A stretch of 64,000 nt of DNA from Diadema antillarum (lineage: Eukaryota): the NCBI RefSeq assembly GCF_040938485.1, contig NW_027272060.1, positions 310,001 to 374,000 on the forward strand, written 5' to 3'. Position 1 is the first letter of the stretch. Each line of letters begins with the position of its first letter. The notes below the pieces were generated by a model that was not told where the DNA came from, did no database searches, and was given only the letters and a program-made list of their open reading frames with translations. The position numbers were made by a program, and so were the translations under genes. This document shows positions 49,463-61,800 of this stretch, in pieces.

Positions 49463-50765
49463 CAGGGGTGGATCCAGGAATTCTGTAAAGGGGGGGGGGG
49501 GGGGGGGGAACTTATATTTCTGGTGCCACTTCCGGGTTTCATTTTATTTTTTATGCCTCCGCCATGAAGCGGTGCCGGAGGCATTATGTTTTCGGGTTGT
49601 CCGTCCTTCTGTCCGTCCGTCCGTCCGTCCTTCCGTCCGTCCGTCCGTAATTAATTTTGTGGACAGCATAACTAAAAAAACCGTTTCAGGTATCCTAATG
49701 AAACTTGGCTTGTATGTTTATTAGGGAGTGAAGTTGTGCCTATCAACTTTTGGGTGCACATGCTCAAGGTCAAAGGGTCAAGTTCAAATGCTTAAAATTT
49801 CACTATTTCCCCCATATCTAAGCAATGCCGGAAGATATTTTCTTGAAACTTAGTGTATACATGTATTACCCAATTATGATTCCCTGGTGAAAGTTTAGGG
49901 TCATGACGTCAAAGGTCAAAAGGTCAAGTAGAAATGTCAAAATTTCACTTTTTTCTCCGTATCTTGGAAATTGTTCAAGGTATCTTCATGGAACATAGTA
50001 TATATGCATGTACTGACTGGCAGTGATTATCTAGGGAATTTGGGGTTTATGGGGTCAAAGGTCAAGTGCAACACTTCAAAATTTTACTATTTCCCTCATG
50101 CAATGCCAGCAGGATTTTTTTTTTTTGGAACATGGTGTATACATGCATGTATTACCCAATAGAGTTTCTCTGGGAAGTTTTTTTTTTTTTTTTGCCAAAA
50201 AGGTCAAAGGTCAAAAGGTCAAAGATCAAGTGAAAGTGCTGAAATTACTTCTTCCTCTATATCTCGGAAGTGGCTCAAGTTATCTTGAAACTTAGTACAT
50301 ATTTATGCATGTTCTGCCCAACAGTGATTCTCTTATGAATTTTAGGGTCAAAGGCCAGATGAAAATGGTAACAATTTACTATTCAATACAGAAATTGCAC
50401 TTTATCTCCATACCTTGAAAATTACTCAGTGCATAAACTTATGAAAGGGTCAAAGTCAAATTAAAGTCCTCAAATCCCCATGACAAATACATGCTCTCCT
50501 ATTCATCCTATTAAACCTAGGTCAAGGAAGGTGAACATTCAACATATTTGTGACTAACATGTCATTTTGATATTTTGCCAATTTTGTGAAAATGTAATCA
50601 CACATTGTCCACATGTACTATAGACCTATTAGGAGAATCATGCATTATGGCGGAGGCATACCAGTCGCCATATCGACATTTCTAGTTTCTTTTTATGTCT
50701 TTTGTTTTTAACAAAAAATAAAGGGGGGCGTGCGCCGTTTGCACCCCCCTCTGGATCCACCACTG
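49463..50765. mobile_element. CAGGGGTGGATCCAG...CTGGATCCACCACTG MITE split by a nested HINE
   Basis: 15-bp imperfect TIR, poly-G near the left end and GGGGGGCG...CCCCCC near the right end. Confidence 0.75.
49551..50685 (+). mobile_element. HINE, third family, nested
   Basis: ATGCCTCCGCCAT / ATGGCGGAGGCAT sub-TIR, (GTCC)n microsatellite, AAAGGTCA-rich diverged cores, GTCG..CGAC stem, terminus TTTCTAG|TT in a T-tract. Confidence 0.8.
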
Positions 50766-52622
50766 ATTAAGACAAAGAAAAAAGAGAAATGATTTCTAAC
50801 CCAATTAAAACTCCTACAAACTCACAAGATTTACCTATAATATTCCCAATGGAAACCTGTTATGAATTTTACATTGAAATGTTTTAGTTTCTGTCACAAA
50901 AAACAGACTATGATTTTAAGTGGGCTCAGCATAGACCACACAACAGTTGCAGTGTATGCTACCCATAGTACTTAGTTACCACTGGGTCAGCAGCTACATG
51001 TACAAGTATGTACTCTGTACATAAATATTTTCTCCCATATCCGGCCAAATTGCTTTTCCGGACGGGCAGCGGGCACCGGTCTAAACATGGCTGGACAACA
51101 GAGGTTGGACTGTACATGGATTCAGTGAATACAGCAATGTTATTCGAACGCATCAATGAAGTTTGAGGAAAATAAGTAAATCCATTCAAAACTTGTGAAT
51201 TTGTAGAATTTTGGTGTCGTCATCGCTGGATAAGAAGGGTAGAACAGTTTGTGGTGTCATAGCAGTGGAATATCAAATATGAATGAAATGTAAAGAGAAT
51301 ACCACATATTCACATTTTTATAGCATAATGAAAGAGGACTTGATTTACCTCCTTCAGAGGGCAGGGGAAATAATACAGTTTAATAGTAGATACAATGTAC
51401 ATTGTCAGTGATAAGTTGAGGGAATGTGTACTTCTCATTAAAAAAAAAAAATGAAACGTATCATAAAGAATGTGAACTTCACTTAAAAAACAAGGAGTTC
51501 CTCAAAAGATTTTGGTGCTCGTAGAATACAGAAATAATGCCATCAGCAGTATGTGTCTTATGTACATTGTAACATCATAAAGTCGTTTACAATTTTATCT
51601 GAATGGATTATTGCCATTATTCTTGATCATGATTATGTAGATCAGCAACCATTCTGACCATTACTGGACATTTGCTGAAGACCCTGTTTGTGGTTAACTA
51701 TTTATACTCCTTCAAGTAATTTAAATTTTCAGTTTAAAAAAATACTGTATTTGTGTAGTCTTACCAGCAGATTTGGTATCACACAGCAATTCTTTTTCAA
51801 AAGAAAATGTGAACACATTGTGTGTAATGGTTTGAAACTGAAATTACAGCAAAGTGTTGCAATGCCTTTATTCTGGTAATATCCAAAACATACCTGAATA
51901 CATGTACAGTTGTACATGGCATGATGCTGCTGATTTGTCTTGTAGATGTGCATTGTACATGTGGATTGTCGTGGTCAGCTTGATACAGATACCATGTTAA
52001 GAGGCAAAAGGCATTTGAAATGCCTTTAAATTCAGTGGTGTTATGCCCTTTTACTTCTCATGTGATAATACTGAATAAAATTGTGTTTGAGAGGATAATA
52101 ACAAAGCATGCATATTGTAATTTAAGCCTATAATAATTGCTACTTATCCTTTATTATGATAACATCAATCATGTCTAATTTGTGTAAAGCTACACTCTTT
52201 TGTGCTAGGTTAACTTGCAATAACATAGGAACAAGGGCTTGTGGTATCATGTAGCAACACAAATGGCATTGACAAGGAAGCTAACGTCAGAGAGAGAAGT
52301 GGTGAGCCATGAGCTAAATCTGTATTAGTTTTGTCTGATACCCACCTCGAGTGCTATCCTTTTCCTGTTGATACTGCCCATCCTTCTATCACACAATTTC
52401 TCCCAGTTTCAGGGTATTGTAGTGATAGGCAGCATACATGTAGAATTTAACAGTAGATAGCAGGATGATATTGAACCAGTTTCTTGGATACAAGAATTGT
52501 GTTCGACTAATCTATTCACTTCTTTATTTATCTTATTGGAGATTTGTAATATGGACTTGAAATGCCTAAAAATGTCTTCTGATTTACTACCCGTATTTTA
52601 TACATATGTGTAGATTCCACTA

Positions 52623-53145
52623 CTGTAAACGTGGAAATTTTCGCGGTACATTAATTTTCGCGGATTTCGCGCTACGCTCGGCTAGCGCGAATTCAAAAAC
52701 GCGCGAATATATCGTCACAATTTTCTACGCACATTTTGAACGGGATGAATTGTGTGCGCTTCATCGATGATACTGCTACGTAGTACAATGTACAGGCATG
52801 TTTACGCTACTAGTACTGTGCGAAGAGACGATACCCTAGATTGCTGTGTACTGTAGCATGCATGTGTGCACCGCACGCATCGATGCTACAGTCCCCCGTG
52901 ACTACGGTACTAGAGTCACAGCTGTACTACGTATTTGAGTGCTTGTACTCGCAGTCGAGCCGCTCGCTACGTCCCTTGTCGTACGCTGGCATAGCAAGCT
53001 ATGTAGCAGAGGCTTTGGATGAAAGGAGTGAATGTGTACTACAGTAAAGTAACCTGCTGCGGAGCGCGAATTTAAGAACCCGCGAATACGTTTTCGAGCC
53101 GCTCAGCGCGAAAAATTAATCGCGCGAAAATATTGACGTTTACAG
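52623..53145. mobile_element. Young CTGTA-family MITE, 523 bp
   Basis: TA|CTGTAAACGTGGAAATTTTCGCG ... CGCGAAAATATTGACGTTTACAG|TA. Confidence 0.85.
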
Positions 53146-53447
53146 TATGTCCTAAAGAACTGGTAACTGTTCACAAATTGTGTATAATGGCAGTTGTTTG
53201 GGGGACATTCCAAGGATGAAATACAGATGACCAGTTCTTCTTCCGTGACATTTTGCAGTGTAACCTGCAGTGCCTTTATCTGGACAATTTGTCAGGCACT
53301 AGATGAGCAGGTCATCAGCAGGGATGCATGTATAATTGTGTAAATTCCCCATTAATCAAATTGTAGGGCCTACGTAATGATAGCTACATATTGCAGCATC
53401 ATGTCTCTGTGACCAAACATGGATATTGCTTTAATGTTGATGGTGTA

Positions 53448-53654
53448 CTGTAAAACGAGAAATGTTCGCGTGCATTTTAATTTCGCGAATTTCGCGAGCG
53501 CCAAGATTCGCGAAATTAACATGCACGGGAAATTTCTTATCTACACTATATGCATTGAACGCAAGAGGCAATTCGCGAAAATTTCTTGCCACGAAAAAGG
53601 CCGCCGGCTCCAATTCGCGAAAATTTTGTGCCGCGAACATATCATGTTTTACAG
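53448..53654. mobile_element. Young CTGTA-family MITE
   Basis: TA|CTGTAAAACGAGAAATGTTCGCG ... CGCGAACATATCATGTTTTACAG|TA. Confidence 0.85.
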
Positions 53655-54960
53655 TATACAACAAGATGCCAGTGGAGAAAAATATGCTGTACTGTGACAA
53701 CATTCATAATATAGTGCACTATGCCATGAATGTTGTTGTGCACATATGTACACGGTATATGTGATCGATCAATGATTTTTTTTTTCCATTGATGGTGTAT
53801 GTACAGTGTACAGTAAAGTGCTATCGATCACAGCCTCATAGATCATTGTTCAGAAATAGTTCATTGCAGTACACTGATTGTCTGCCCTGCAATATGTGTA
53901 AACATTTTTTATTCAACATCTTCACAATTTTTTTTGGGGAAAATCTGTCATACTGTAGGGATATGAAATAATTATATCATGCACTGTAGTGTTTCAAGCC
54001 ACTAGTTGAATCATGGGTTCTTCCATGAGAGAAATTGCACTATTTTCAAATTGCATGGTGTCCCTTAGAAAAAAAAAAAGAGTGTTATTCCTGCCACCTT
54101 GGAATGCATAATTTCAACTACAGCATCTTTGTGCATGGTACTTGTATTTGTTTATTATCTTTTGGTTTGCGTTGTAAACATGTCAAAAATTCTCATTAAA
54201 ATTTTTATTAATCACTGTATTCATAACTTGGAACTCGGACATTTTAGATTGCACTCCATGTACTTAGTCATAATGCATGGAATATTACAATGAAGCATTA
54301 TTGTCCATTTCTGGAGTGCATTTACTGTGAAATATTCAGATGAGGATCATTGCAAATTGTTCACAGGGAACATACAAAACCTTGAGATTAATATTCCTTT
54401 TTGAAAGATCTTTTTCCGCCTCAAGTTTTGCATGACAAAGGGGTCTGAATAATGCCTTATGAGAAAAAAAAAGAAAAGAATAAATGCCTTATGAGAAAAA
54501 AAGAAAGAAAGAATTGTTGGTGTAAATGATCTCCTTTTGAAAACGTCCAATTTACTCTAGGGGTTCATATTTGCAGGTGTCAGTAATCAATTTTGTCTGC
54601 TGTATGAAGTGAATTATGCTGTATTAATTTGGTACTTTCAAAAAAAAGAGAAATCTCCAAAATAGAATACCTTTCTTTAAAATACCAAAGTAACTCGAAA
54701 TAAGATTTAGACATACGAGTGTACAAAATCCATGAAAAGAACTTACAATTTTATTGAACATTCATGAGTATTTTGCCAATGTAGTGTTTGATATATAATT
54801 TCTCATTAATAAGAAAGGAGAACATTTTCTATCGTGGACTGTTTCAAGAGAAATCGGTTTCACTCAAGAAAGTTATTACCACTCTGAATTCTTTCCAGAT
54901 ATGAATTGCTGGAAGTAAGTAAGAGGACTCCTTGGAGAGTTTGTACTTCTGTACCATTAA

Positions 54961-56281
54961 AGGGGAAATCCAGTTCAAATACAAGTTTGTCTGATAAGAA
55001 AGAGTAAAATATTACGGGTTCAACAGTAAAATTTTGATTGAAATTGGGTGAAAAATAAAGAAGTCATGACATTTTGAAGTTTTGCTAATTTTTAAGAAAC
55101 AGTTCTTGAACGGTAAATATTCCAGGTGTCCCAAAAAAGTGGAATGGTGGATTTTCAGTACCTTGAGTTCTAATAGTGATGTATTTTTTGACATTTTTAG
55201 AAAGAGCATCTTCCGCAGAAATTGCCAAAATCATTAAATTTGGTTCAGAACTTTTTATTCTACACCCATTCTGTAAATGCAGTCATTTTCAAATTTCGAA
55301 TTCAAATGAGCGAAGGATTTGGGTGCGACAGAAATTGCCAAAATCATTAAATTTGGTTCAGAACTTTTTATTCTACACCCATTCTGTAAATGCAGTCATT
55401 TTCAAATTTCGAATTCAAATGAGCGAAGGATTTGGGTGCGACACACGTTCCATACGGTGTATTGTGTAAGCCTGTTGATCCATGTCAACAAAAGATACAG
55501 CTTTCACATTGGGTGCGCGCACAAACACACACACACGCACACCGTTTTTTCCTGGCCCGCGCCCAATGTGAAAGCTCTATCTTTTGTTGACATGGATAAA
55601 CGGGCTTACACAATACACCGTATATGGAACGCGTGTCGCACCCAAATTCTTCGCTCATACGTCGCAAAAATCCAGCGAAATTTGAAAATGACCACATTTA
55701 CAGAATTTGGCATAGAATAAACAGTTCTGAACCAAATTTAATGATTTTGGTATCATTGTCTTCTGCGGAAAATGTTCTTTCTAATGATGTCAAATAATAT
55801 ATCACTTTTAGAACGCAAGGTACTGAAAATCCTCCGCTCCGCTTTTTTTGGGACACCTGGTATATGCAAATGGCAAAGTGAGCATGCCATCCCCTCACAA
55901 CTTGCCATATAGTTTGTACATAAAATTTCCCATTTTTCGCTCAAGCGCAAGTATGCCGGGGGCTCATATCCTGGTATTTAACTGATCACTATTCTGAAAT
56001 TAATCAACCAGGAATAACATCATGTTTCAGACTTCAATGACAGAAACATTTAATTTTCATTATTTTTTGTTTGTGATCAATGGAAAATTGCGAGGTTGTG
56101 ACATGGTTAGCTCATTCATTTGCACACATATCCAATGTACAAGAACTGTTGTGCAGAAATTAGCAGAATTTTAAAATGTCTTAACTTCCCTAATTTTTAT
56201 GCAATTTTGATCAAATGTTGAACTCACAAGATTTACATACATGTAGCTCTTTCTTATCATACTAACTTATAGAACTCCTCT
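54961..56281. mobile_element. TTAA-site MITE (Kolobok-like) interrupted by a mariner-type MITE
   Basis: TTAA|AGGGGAAATCCAGTTC...GATAAGAAAGAG at the left; decayed complement CTCTTTCTTATCA...GAACTCCTCT|TTGA at the right. Confidence 0.65.
55122..55860. mobile_element. Palindromic Tc1/mariner MITE with an internal 113-bp exact tandem duplication
   Basis: CCAGGTGTCCCAAAAAA ... TTTTTTGGGACACCTGG|TA; long inverted arms; 55217-55329 is identical to 55330-55442. Confidence 0.85.
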
Positions 56282-57366
56282 TTGAGGCAGTTTGTGTGGT
56301 GTAAATGGACCTCAACAGAAAAAGGTTAATCAGCCAGGAAGTTTTTATCAAACCATTTTGTGTTTCCTGCGGCAAGAGGAAGAGTATTCCTGTACTAAAA
56401 TGTGCCAGGACCGTAAAAGTTTCAGACCATCCATAAAGCCAAGCATACGAGGATGATTCTTGTGGGCCTGTAGTTACAAGCCTAGGAAGTGCCACAGGGT
56501 AGAGGCATTGCGTCAATGGACGTCATTTCCCTAGGTCGTTGATTCTTTTTTTTTTTTTTTTTTTGATGCAGTGGTATGAATCACCCACTTAGTATAACAT
56601 ATGATGGTAGTAGGCAAAGCATACTGAGCAATAAATCATATCAACATGGATAATGGATTGCACCAGAAATTGATAAATCAGGCAGACAAGGCTGCTCTTG
56701 CTGGCCATTAAAGTGTGTTGTAACCCTCTAATCATCACCTCAACTGCCAATGTCAGCCTGTTGGATTTGTTCTCCAGCACCCCCAATAAACGTTGTTAAT
56801 GCTTGCCAGGTAAACATATCATTGTCACGTCATACCAGGCCATGGCATATAGCAGCCTCATTTCATACTGGGTGAGTTCATGTTTGCTTACGCACTGCTG
56901 TTCTTGTATGTACACAATGGAGTGTTGAGGAATTGGTGTTCTTCTTGAGAGTATTCCTGTTTCCACTGTGATAATGATTTACAATGCTTCAGTGTCCCAT
57001 GCACTGTGCTAAAATTTAATTCACTTCATGCGGATGGAAGTTTTAGTGGTATATATTTCAAGCTGTTGGTTCTTTGGTTCATTGGGCTGAAGGTTGTTGA
57101 ATCTGTGTAGTGGGGTGCATTGATCCGTACAATTTTGTATCTTATTGTGAAGGTAGAATTGTGCTAAAAAGTTTCATTACCCTAAAAGGTTATGTTTGTT
57201 TGTTTTAATGGTGGATACATGTAAGGATGTGTGGATCCAGGAATTTGTACAAACTACAATCCCTATGAAAATGTAGAGTCCATGAAGCTCGTATTCCGAA
57301 ATTTTGATGAAATCTCAAGATGATGTCAGATTTGTGTTACCATATTTGAAAATACCATAGCAATTA

Positions 57367-57869
57367 TTTTTACCTCCGCCATGGAAGGAGGTTATGTTTT
57401 CATTGGCAGTGGTTTGTTTGTTTGTTTGTTTGTTTGTCTATGTGCAACATAACTCAAAAAGTTGTGAACGGATTTTGATGAAACTTACAGGAAAGGTTGA
57501 GAATGATTCAAGAAACAGATAATTTTTGGTTTTGGTAGTGATGCAGGAATTTTTATGGATTTTATGAAGGATTTTCGATATTTTGGTAGGTAGGGTCAAT
57601 GAACTTGGGAGTTAAAGCTATGCATTTTTTTTTAGGTTTGCATATGCGCACTGAAGTGCGTGCTCTAGTTCTGCTAGGGCGAGGCGCCGTGCAGCTGGAA
57701 GTTGATGATGTATCAAAAGGCTTTTATTGGGAAATCGGGCAATTTTCAGCATGCATGTACATTTAAAGTGGAAATCTGGGCTCTGACCACTGATCTCTAT
57801 GGAAGAACAAGATCAGTGGTGGAAATGAGCTGCTTGGTGGAGGTCTGTGCTTTCAAAATGCTTCTCTAG
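57367..57869 (+). mobile_element. HINE, same family as 6709-7119
   Basis: ACCTCCGCCATGGAAGGAGGTTATG, (GTTT)n, core, then TTGGTGGAGGTCTGTGC...CTCTAG|TT. Confidence 0.75.
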
Positions 57870-59619
57870 TTTGGAAATCATTCAATGTTTATATTTTTTC
57901 TTTCAAGTCAAATTTTCAAATTTGCATAGTAAGCTAAACATTTGATGTTAGCTTTGCCACTTACCATAGAAAAAAAAAAATCTGCATATATCCATACCCT
58001 TGATTCTGTATAAAAGTGTTTGACAACTAGTGTAAAACATATGAATACAAGTGTCAAATTTATTTTGTTGTTTTAAGTATGATAAGAGGAGAATTTCAGA
58101 TGTCTGACCTTAATTTCCCCTTCACTTCTATAATGTACATTCAGTCATCTACTCCTATCTCCACCCATAAATGGTAGATCCTGTTTTATACCAAAGCTTG
58201 GGCCATGGCCGAGCCGTGGCACAGCCACAGCACAGCCACAGTACAGCCACAGCCCGAGTTTGGTGTAGGCTATTGGGTAATGTGAGGCTGAGCCGCAGCC
58301 CAATTTGGAACCACTTCTGGAGGTAGTCTCAGCAGCAGCTCGGCTTAGGCTAGACTGAGCCACACATATTTTTATTTATTTATTTTTTTTTTTAAATAAT
58401 GGTTTTAGGGATTGGCCATGACTTGTCCCTGCAATTCATGTTCATTACATCATGATAAGCTCATTTCTTAGTTTTGTGTGTTACTCAAATTACTTGCTCG
58501 TGAATTTGAGTGTTGTTTGGAAAACATGCCAGATCCTGTCTTGTAAGTAGTTACCTATTCCAAACACAACCAAATTTCATAGGAAAGTCAAACTTGGCCT
58601 GGGCCCGATTTTTCAGTGTAAATGCACAAAATTGAATCTGCACCAAGCAGAGGATTGGCACAGGCCTTTGGGTTATACAGGGTCATAATCTCAGTGCGAA
58701 ATAGTCCACAACGAATTCACATGTTGTTGATTTTCTTTTCAAATTTTGATGACAATTATGATTGTATCAGTATGACCATCACCTACAATAGCTTATGTTC
58801 AAGGCTTTTTACAATAAGGTAATTGATAGCTGTTTATTTGTACCACAACTACAAAATGAGGAGTTGCACATTTATTAGCACTGCATGTATGGCTCCAACC
58901 CATGATGTATAAAGATAAATTCAGAGTTTACATGTTTGCTTCCTGTGAAGTATTAATATGCAAAGGGAACCATGATGAATAATCAAGGTACATGTATGGG
59001 AGAAGGCTTTTTCAAATCCATCAACAGTAGAATGTTTGTATCAAGATGATGCTCTTGATGTTTAATCCAAACACTTTATCTTAAAAGGGAAATGCTGATT
59101 ACTCAGGAGGACATTTTGAAATGAAAGTACTGTGTAATGAAAGGTACTGTGACTGAGGAAATTAAACAGATATTTTTGAAAAGGGGTGGATCATCTATTT
59201 AAAAACATGCCTGATTGCTTGTTGCACGCCTGCATTCTGTGGAAATGGAATTTTAGGCTTTTAGTTCCAGCTTGAAACGACACCATTTTCTTATCTCTTG
59301 AGATCTTACAGCTCCACTTTGATGTGCAAGTGGGAGCTGCAGTTGCAGAAAGTGTGAACAAGCATTGTAAATTATAATTCATGAATGTCAAATTTATTGC
59401 AAGCAGTGCAAGCATCACACCTAGAAATACAGAGTTTTCTTTGTGTGTGTCTCACTAATTTCAATAGGTAATCATGACAGGAATTATCAGGGAGAGACAA
59501 ATGCATGATCTTTTTAGTATTATTATTTTTTGTTACGCTTCTTTTTTAGGGTGAAAGGAAAGAGTGTGTCATATATGTGTATGTGCTAGCACATGTGCAT
59601 GGATACCAGGTACATACTA

Positions 59620-59853
59620 CTGTATAAGCTGTTATTTTCATAAGGGTTTAATTTTCACGAATTTCGCATATCACTATTGAATTGCAAATTTAGCAACACG
59701 TGAAAATGTTGCCAGGTATGGTATGGTACAATGTAGCAATGCATTTATGATAGTGTCGGTGTTGATTCATGAAAAACAACATCTCACGAAAATTATGTCT
59801 GTGACCTCCTAATTCGCAAAAATATCTGTATGCGAAAATAATATCTGGTACAG
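59620..59853. mobile_element. CpG-decayed CTGTA-family MITE, same subfamily as 13963-14183
   Basis: CTGTATAAGCTGTTATTTTCA...AGGGTTTAATTTTCACGAATTT is shared with the 13.96 kb copy. Confidence 0.7.
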
Positions 59854-61750
59854 TGTATCGTGTGGACAGAATGAAGCTGAGAATCTCCTTAAATGATGAC
59901 AATCCAATATCTTGCATGCTCATGATATCGCAATGTTCAATCTGAAAGTAGACATCCTTGACCTGGATTGTTGCATGGTTTATGTATTCAGTGGTACAAT
60001 ATATTGCCATGTAGTTTACACCACTGATCTGATGCATTATATGAAAAGTTGTGCATACTCACTTCTAACAAAGGAAGTATCTAAAATGAAAGTCTTATTC
60101 CCTGTAAACAGTCAGAAGTGACTTTAGTATTGAAGTGTCTTGATTGTCATACAACAAAGTGCATGGTTTGACAAATGACTCCATTTTCTCATGAAAGCAT
60201 CCATTGCTACACAGTTTCTCTTTAAAGTTTTGGCGCAATTGTACACACTTCAGAGAGCCATGTGGACAAAGGCTGTGAAATATGTATGAGACAATGTTAT
60301 TCTGACTTTGCATGCAGGCCTAGTTCTTGGTGTATAATTCCTAAATCACATTCGCAATGACTTTTTCCTTTGACATGCTGAGTTGTTGCATTTGGGCACA
60401 TTCTTGTGCATATCATAATAAGTACTGTAAACGTGGATATCTTTCTGTGAGTAATTTTGTGCATGTGGCCAGGTAAGATAAATTTCGTGTGTTTTCTATT
60501 CCGCTGAATCAGGACATGAATTACTGGAACATAATATGGCATGCAAAAACTATTTGCATGCTTTTATTTTTGCACTAGCTTCTGATTGCGCGAAATGCAC
60601 AAAAATTTCCACACCACAAAAATTTCCATTTTTATGGTATTTTGAAAAAAAAAAAAGAATGAAGAAAAATATTGTTTGATACAAATGTGTTACCTTTCTT
60701 TTAAGGAAAGTGCCAGTTAGTTTAGAGTAAAGATAGATTTCAGGTTACAAAGATGTCTTTTCCTTAATGTACTGTATGCCAAAAATGAATGCACTCATTT
60801 TTTTTTTTTTTTTTAATTACTGTAAGTAAAGTCAGTGTTTCTGGCTGTGGATAAATTTGTACTTCCAATTTGAGAATTTGCATCATCTTTGACAACAGGC
60901 ATGGATGATAGCAGTGTTCTGGGTACATTGTACAATGTATCATTTATAGTACAGTGTAATTGTGAAGTATGCTACATAGTAAATTTTTATATATGTGTGT
61001 GTGTGTTTGTGTGGATGTGTGTATGTGACATATTTAACATGAATCCATTGCAAAATTGTCAGGAAAGACAATGTTGTAATTGCATTCCCTCAGACTGCTT
61101 GTGTACTAGTACCAATCACCTTCGCATAGGAGCAAGCCAGCTACCATGTACCCTCGCCCTTAGCTAATGGATGAAAGTGTGTAAACATGAATGGATGCTT
61201 TTTCCTTCTCCTGCTGCTGCCTAAACAAACATAACCCTCTCTCCTCACTTAGGATGTCAGTGGTTCTATTGTTATGGATGTGGAACTGTGGCATTGATAT
61301 TCTTTGGATATTTGAGTAAACGCAAACACCCGGTAAACATTCAATAGGCTGCTCACCTAGGCAGTTAGTCAGTAGGACTGGAAAGTGGACCAGTGTTTAC
61401 AAAGGAGCTGAAAAGCATTACAGAGAGTATTATGTGTTACCTGTGACAGTGTGTTTCATCTAATGTTTGCTCTTCTGCAAAGTCTGATGTTTATAATTCC
61501 AGTGACAGCTGCTTGTAGATTCATTGGATTTTTTTTTTTTTTGGGGGGGGGGGGTTAAGGGGTGTTCTGTTGTATTCATAATTTTTTGTGTGTAAATTTT
61601 TGCATGTGTTTTTACTTTGTCAATGATGAGTGATTTAGTTTTTATCATCATCATTCATTTTATACATATAGGGGATCCACTTCAGAAGTTGAATATGGCT
61701 CTCATGGTGTATGTGTACAATCACAGAGAAAGGTAAAACAAGAGTTCAAG

Positions 61751-61755
61751 AGAGA

Positions 61756-61795
<40 letters not shown>

Positions 61796-61800
61796 AGAGA
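61751..61800. repeat. (GA)n microsatellite
   Basis: Direct reading. Other SSRs: (CA)n 4200-4217, (TG)n 4981-5002, (GTT)n ~14275-14295, (GTTT)n ~29510-29545. Confidence 0.9.

Noticed and set aside
53419-55720. Clustered ORFs at 53.4-53.8 kb and repeated-peptide ORFs at 55.2-55.7 kb
   Set aside because: They arise from stop-poor MITE sequence and the 113-bp duplication, and have no transposase motifs.
56290-57150. Possible LINE reverse-transcriptase remnant (LIYQFLVQSII...YCSV on minus)
   Set aside because: There is only one weak motif resemblance, not enough to call without a translated profile search.
52340-60110. Further minus-strand mini-exon candidates (MGSINRKRIALE|gtgggt near 52.35 kb; 18- or 39-nt exon ending gtgagt near 60.06 kb)
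   Set aside because: They are short enough to arise by chance in 30 kb of AT-rich DNA and have no independent support.
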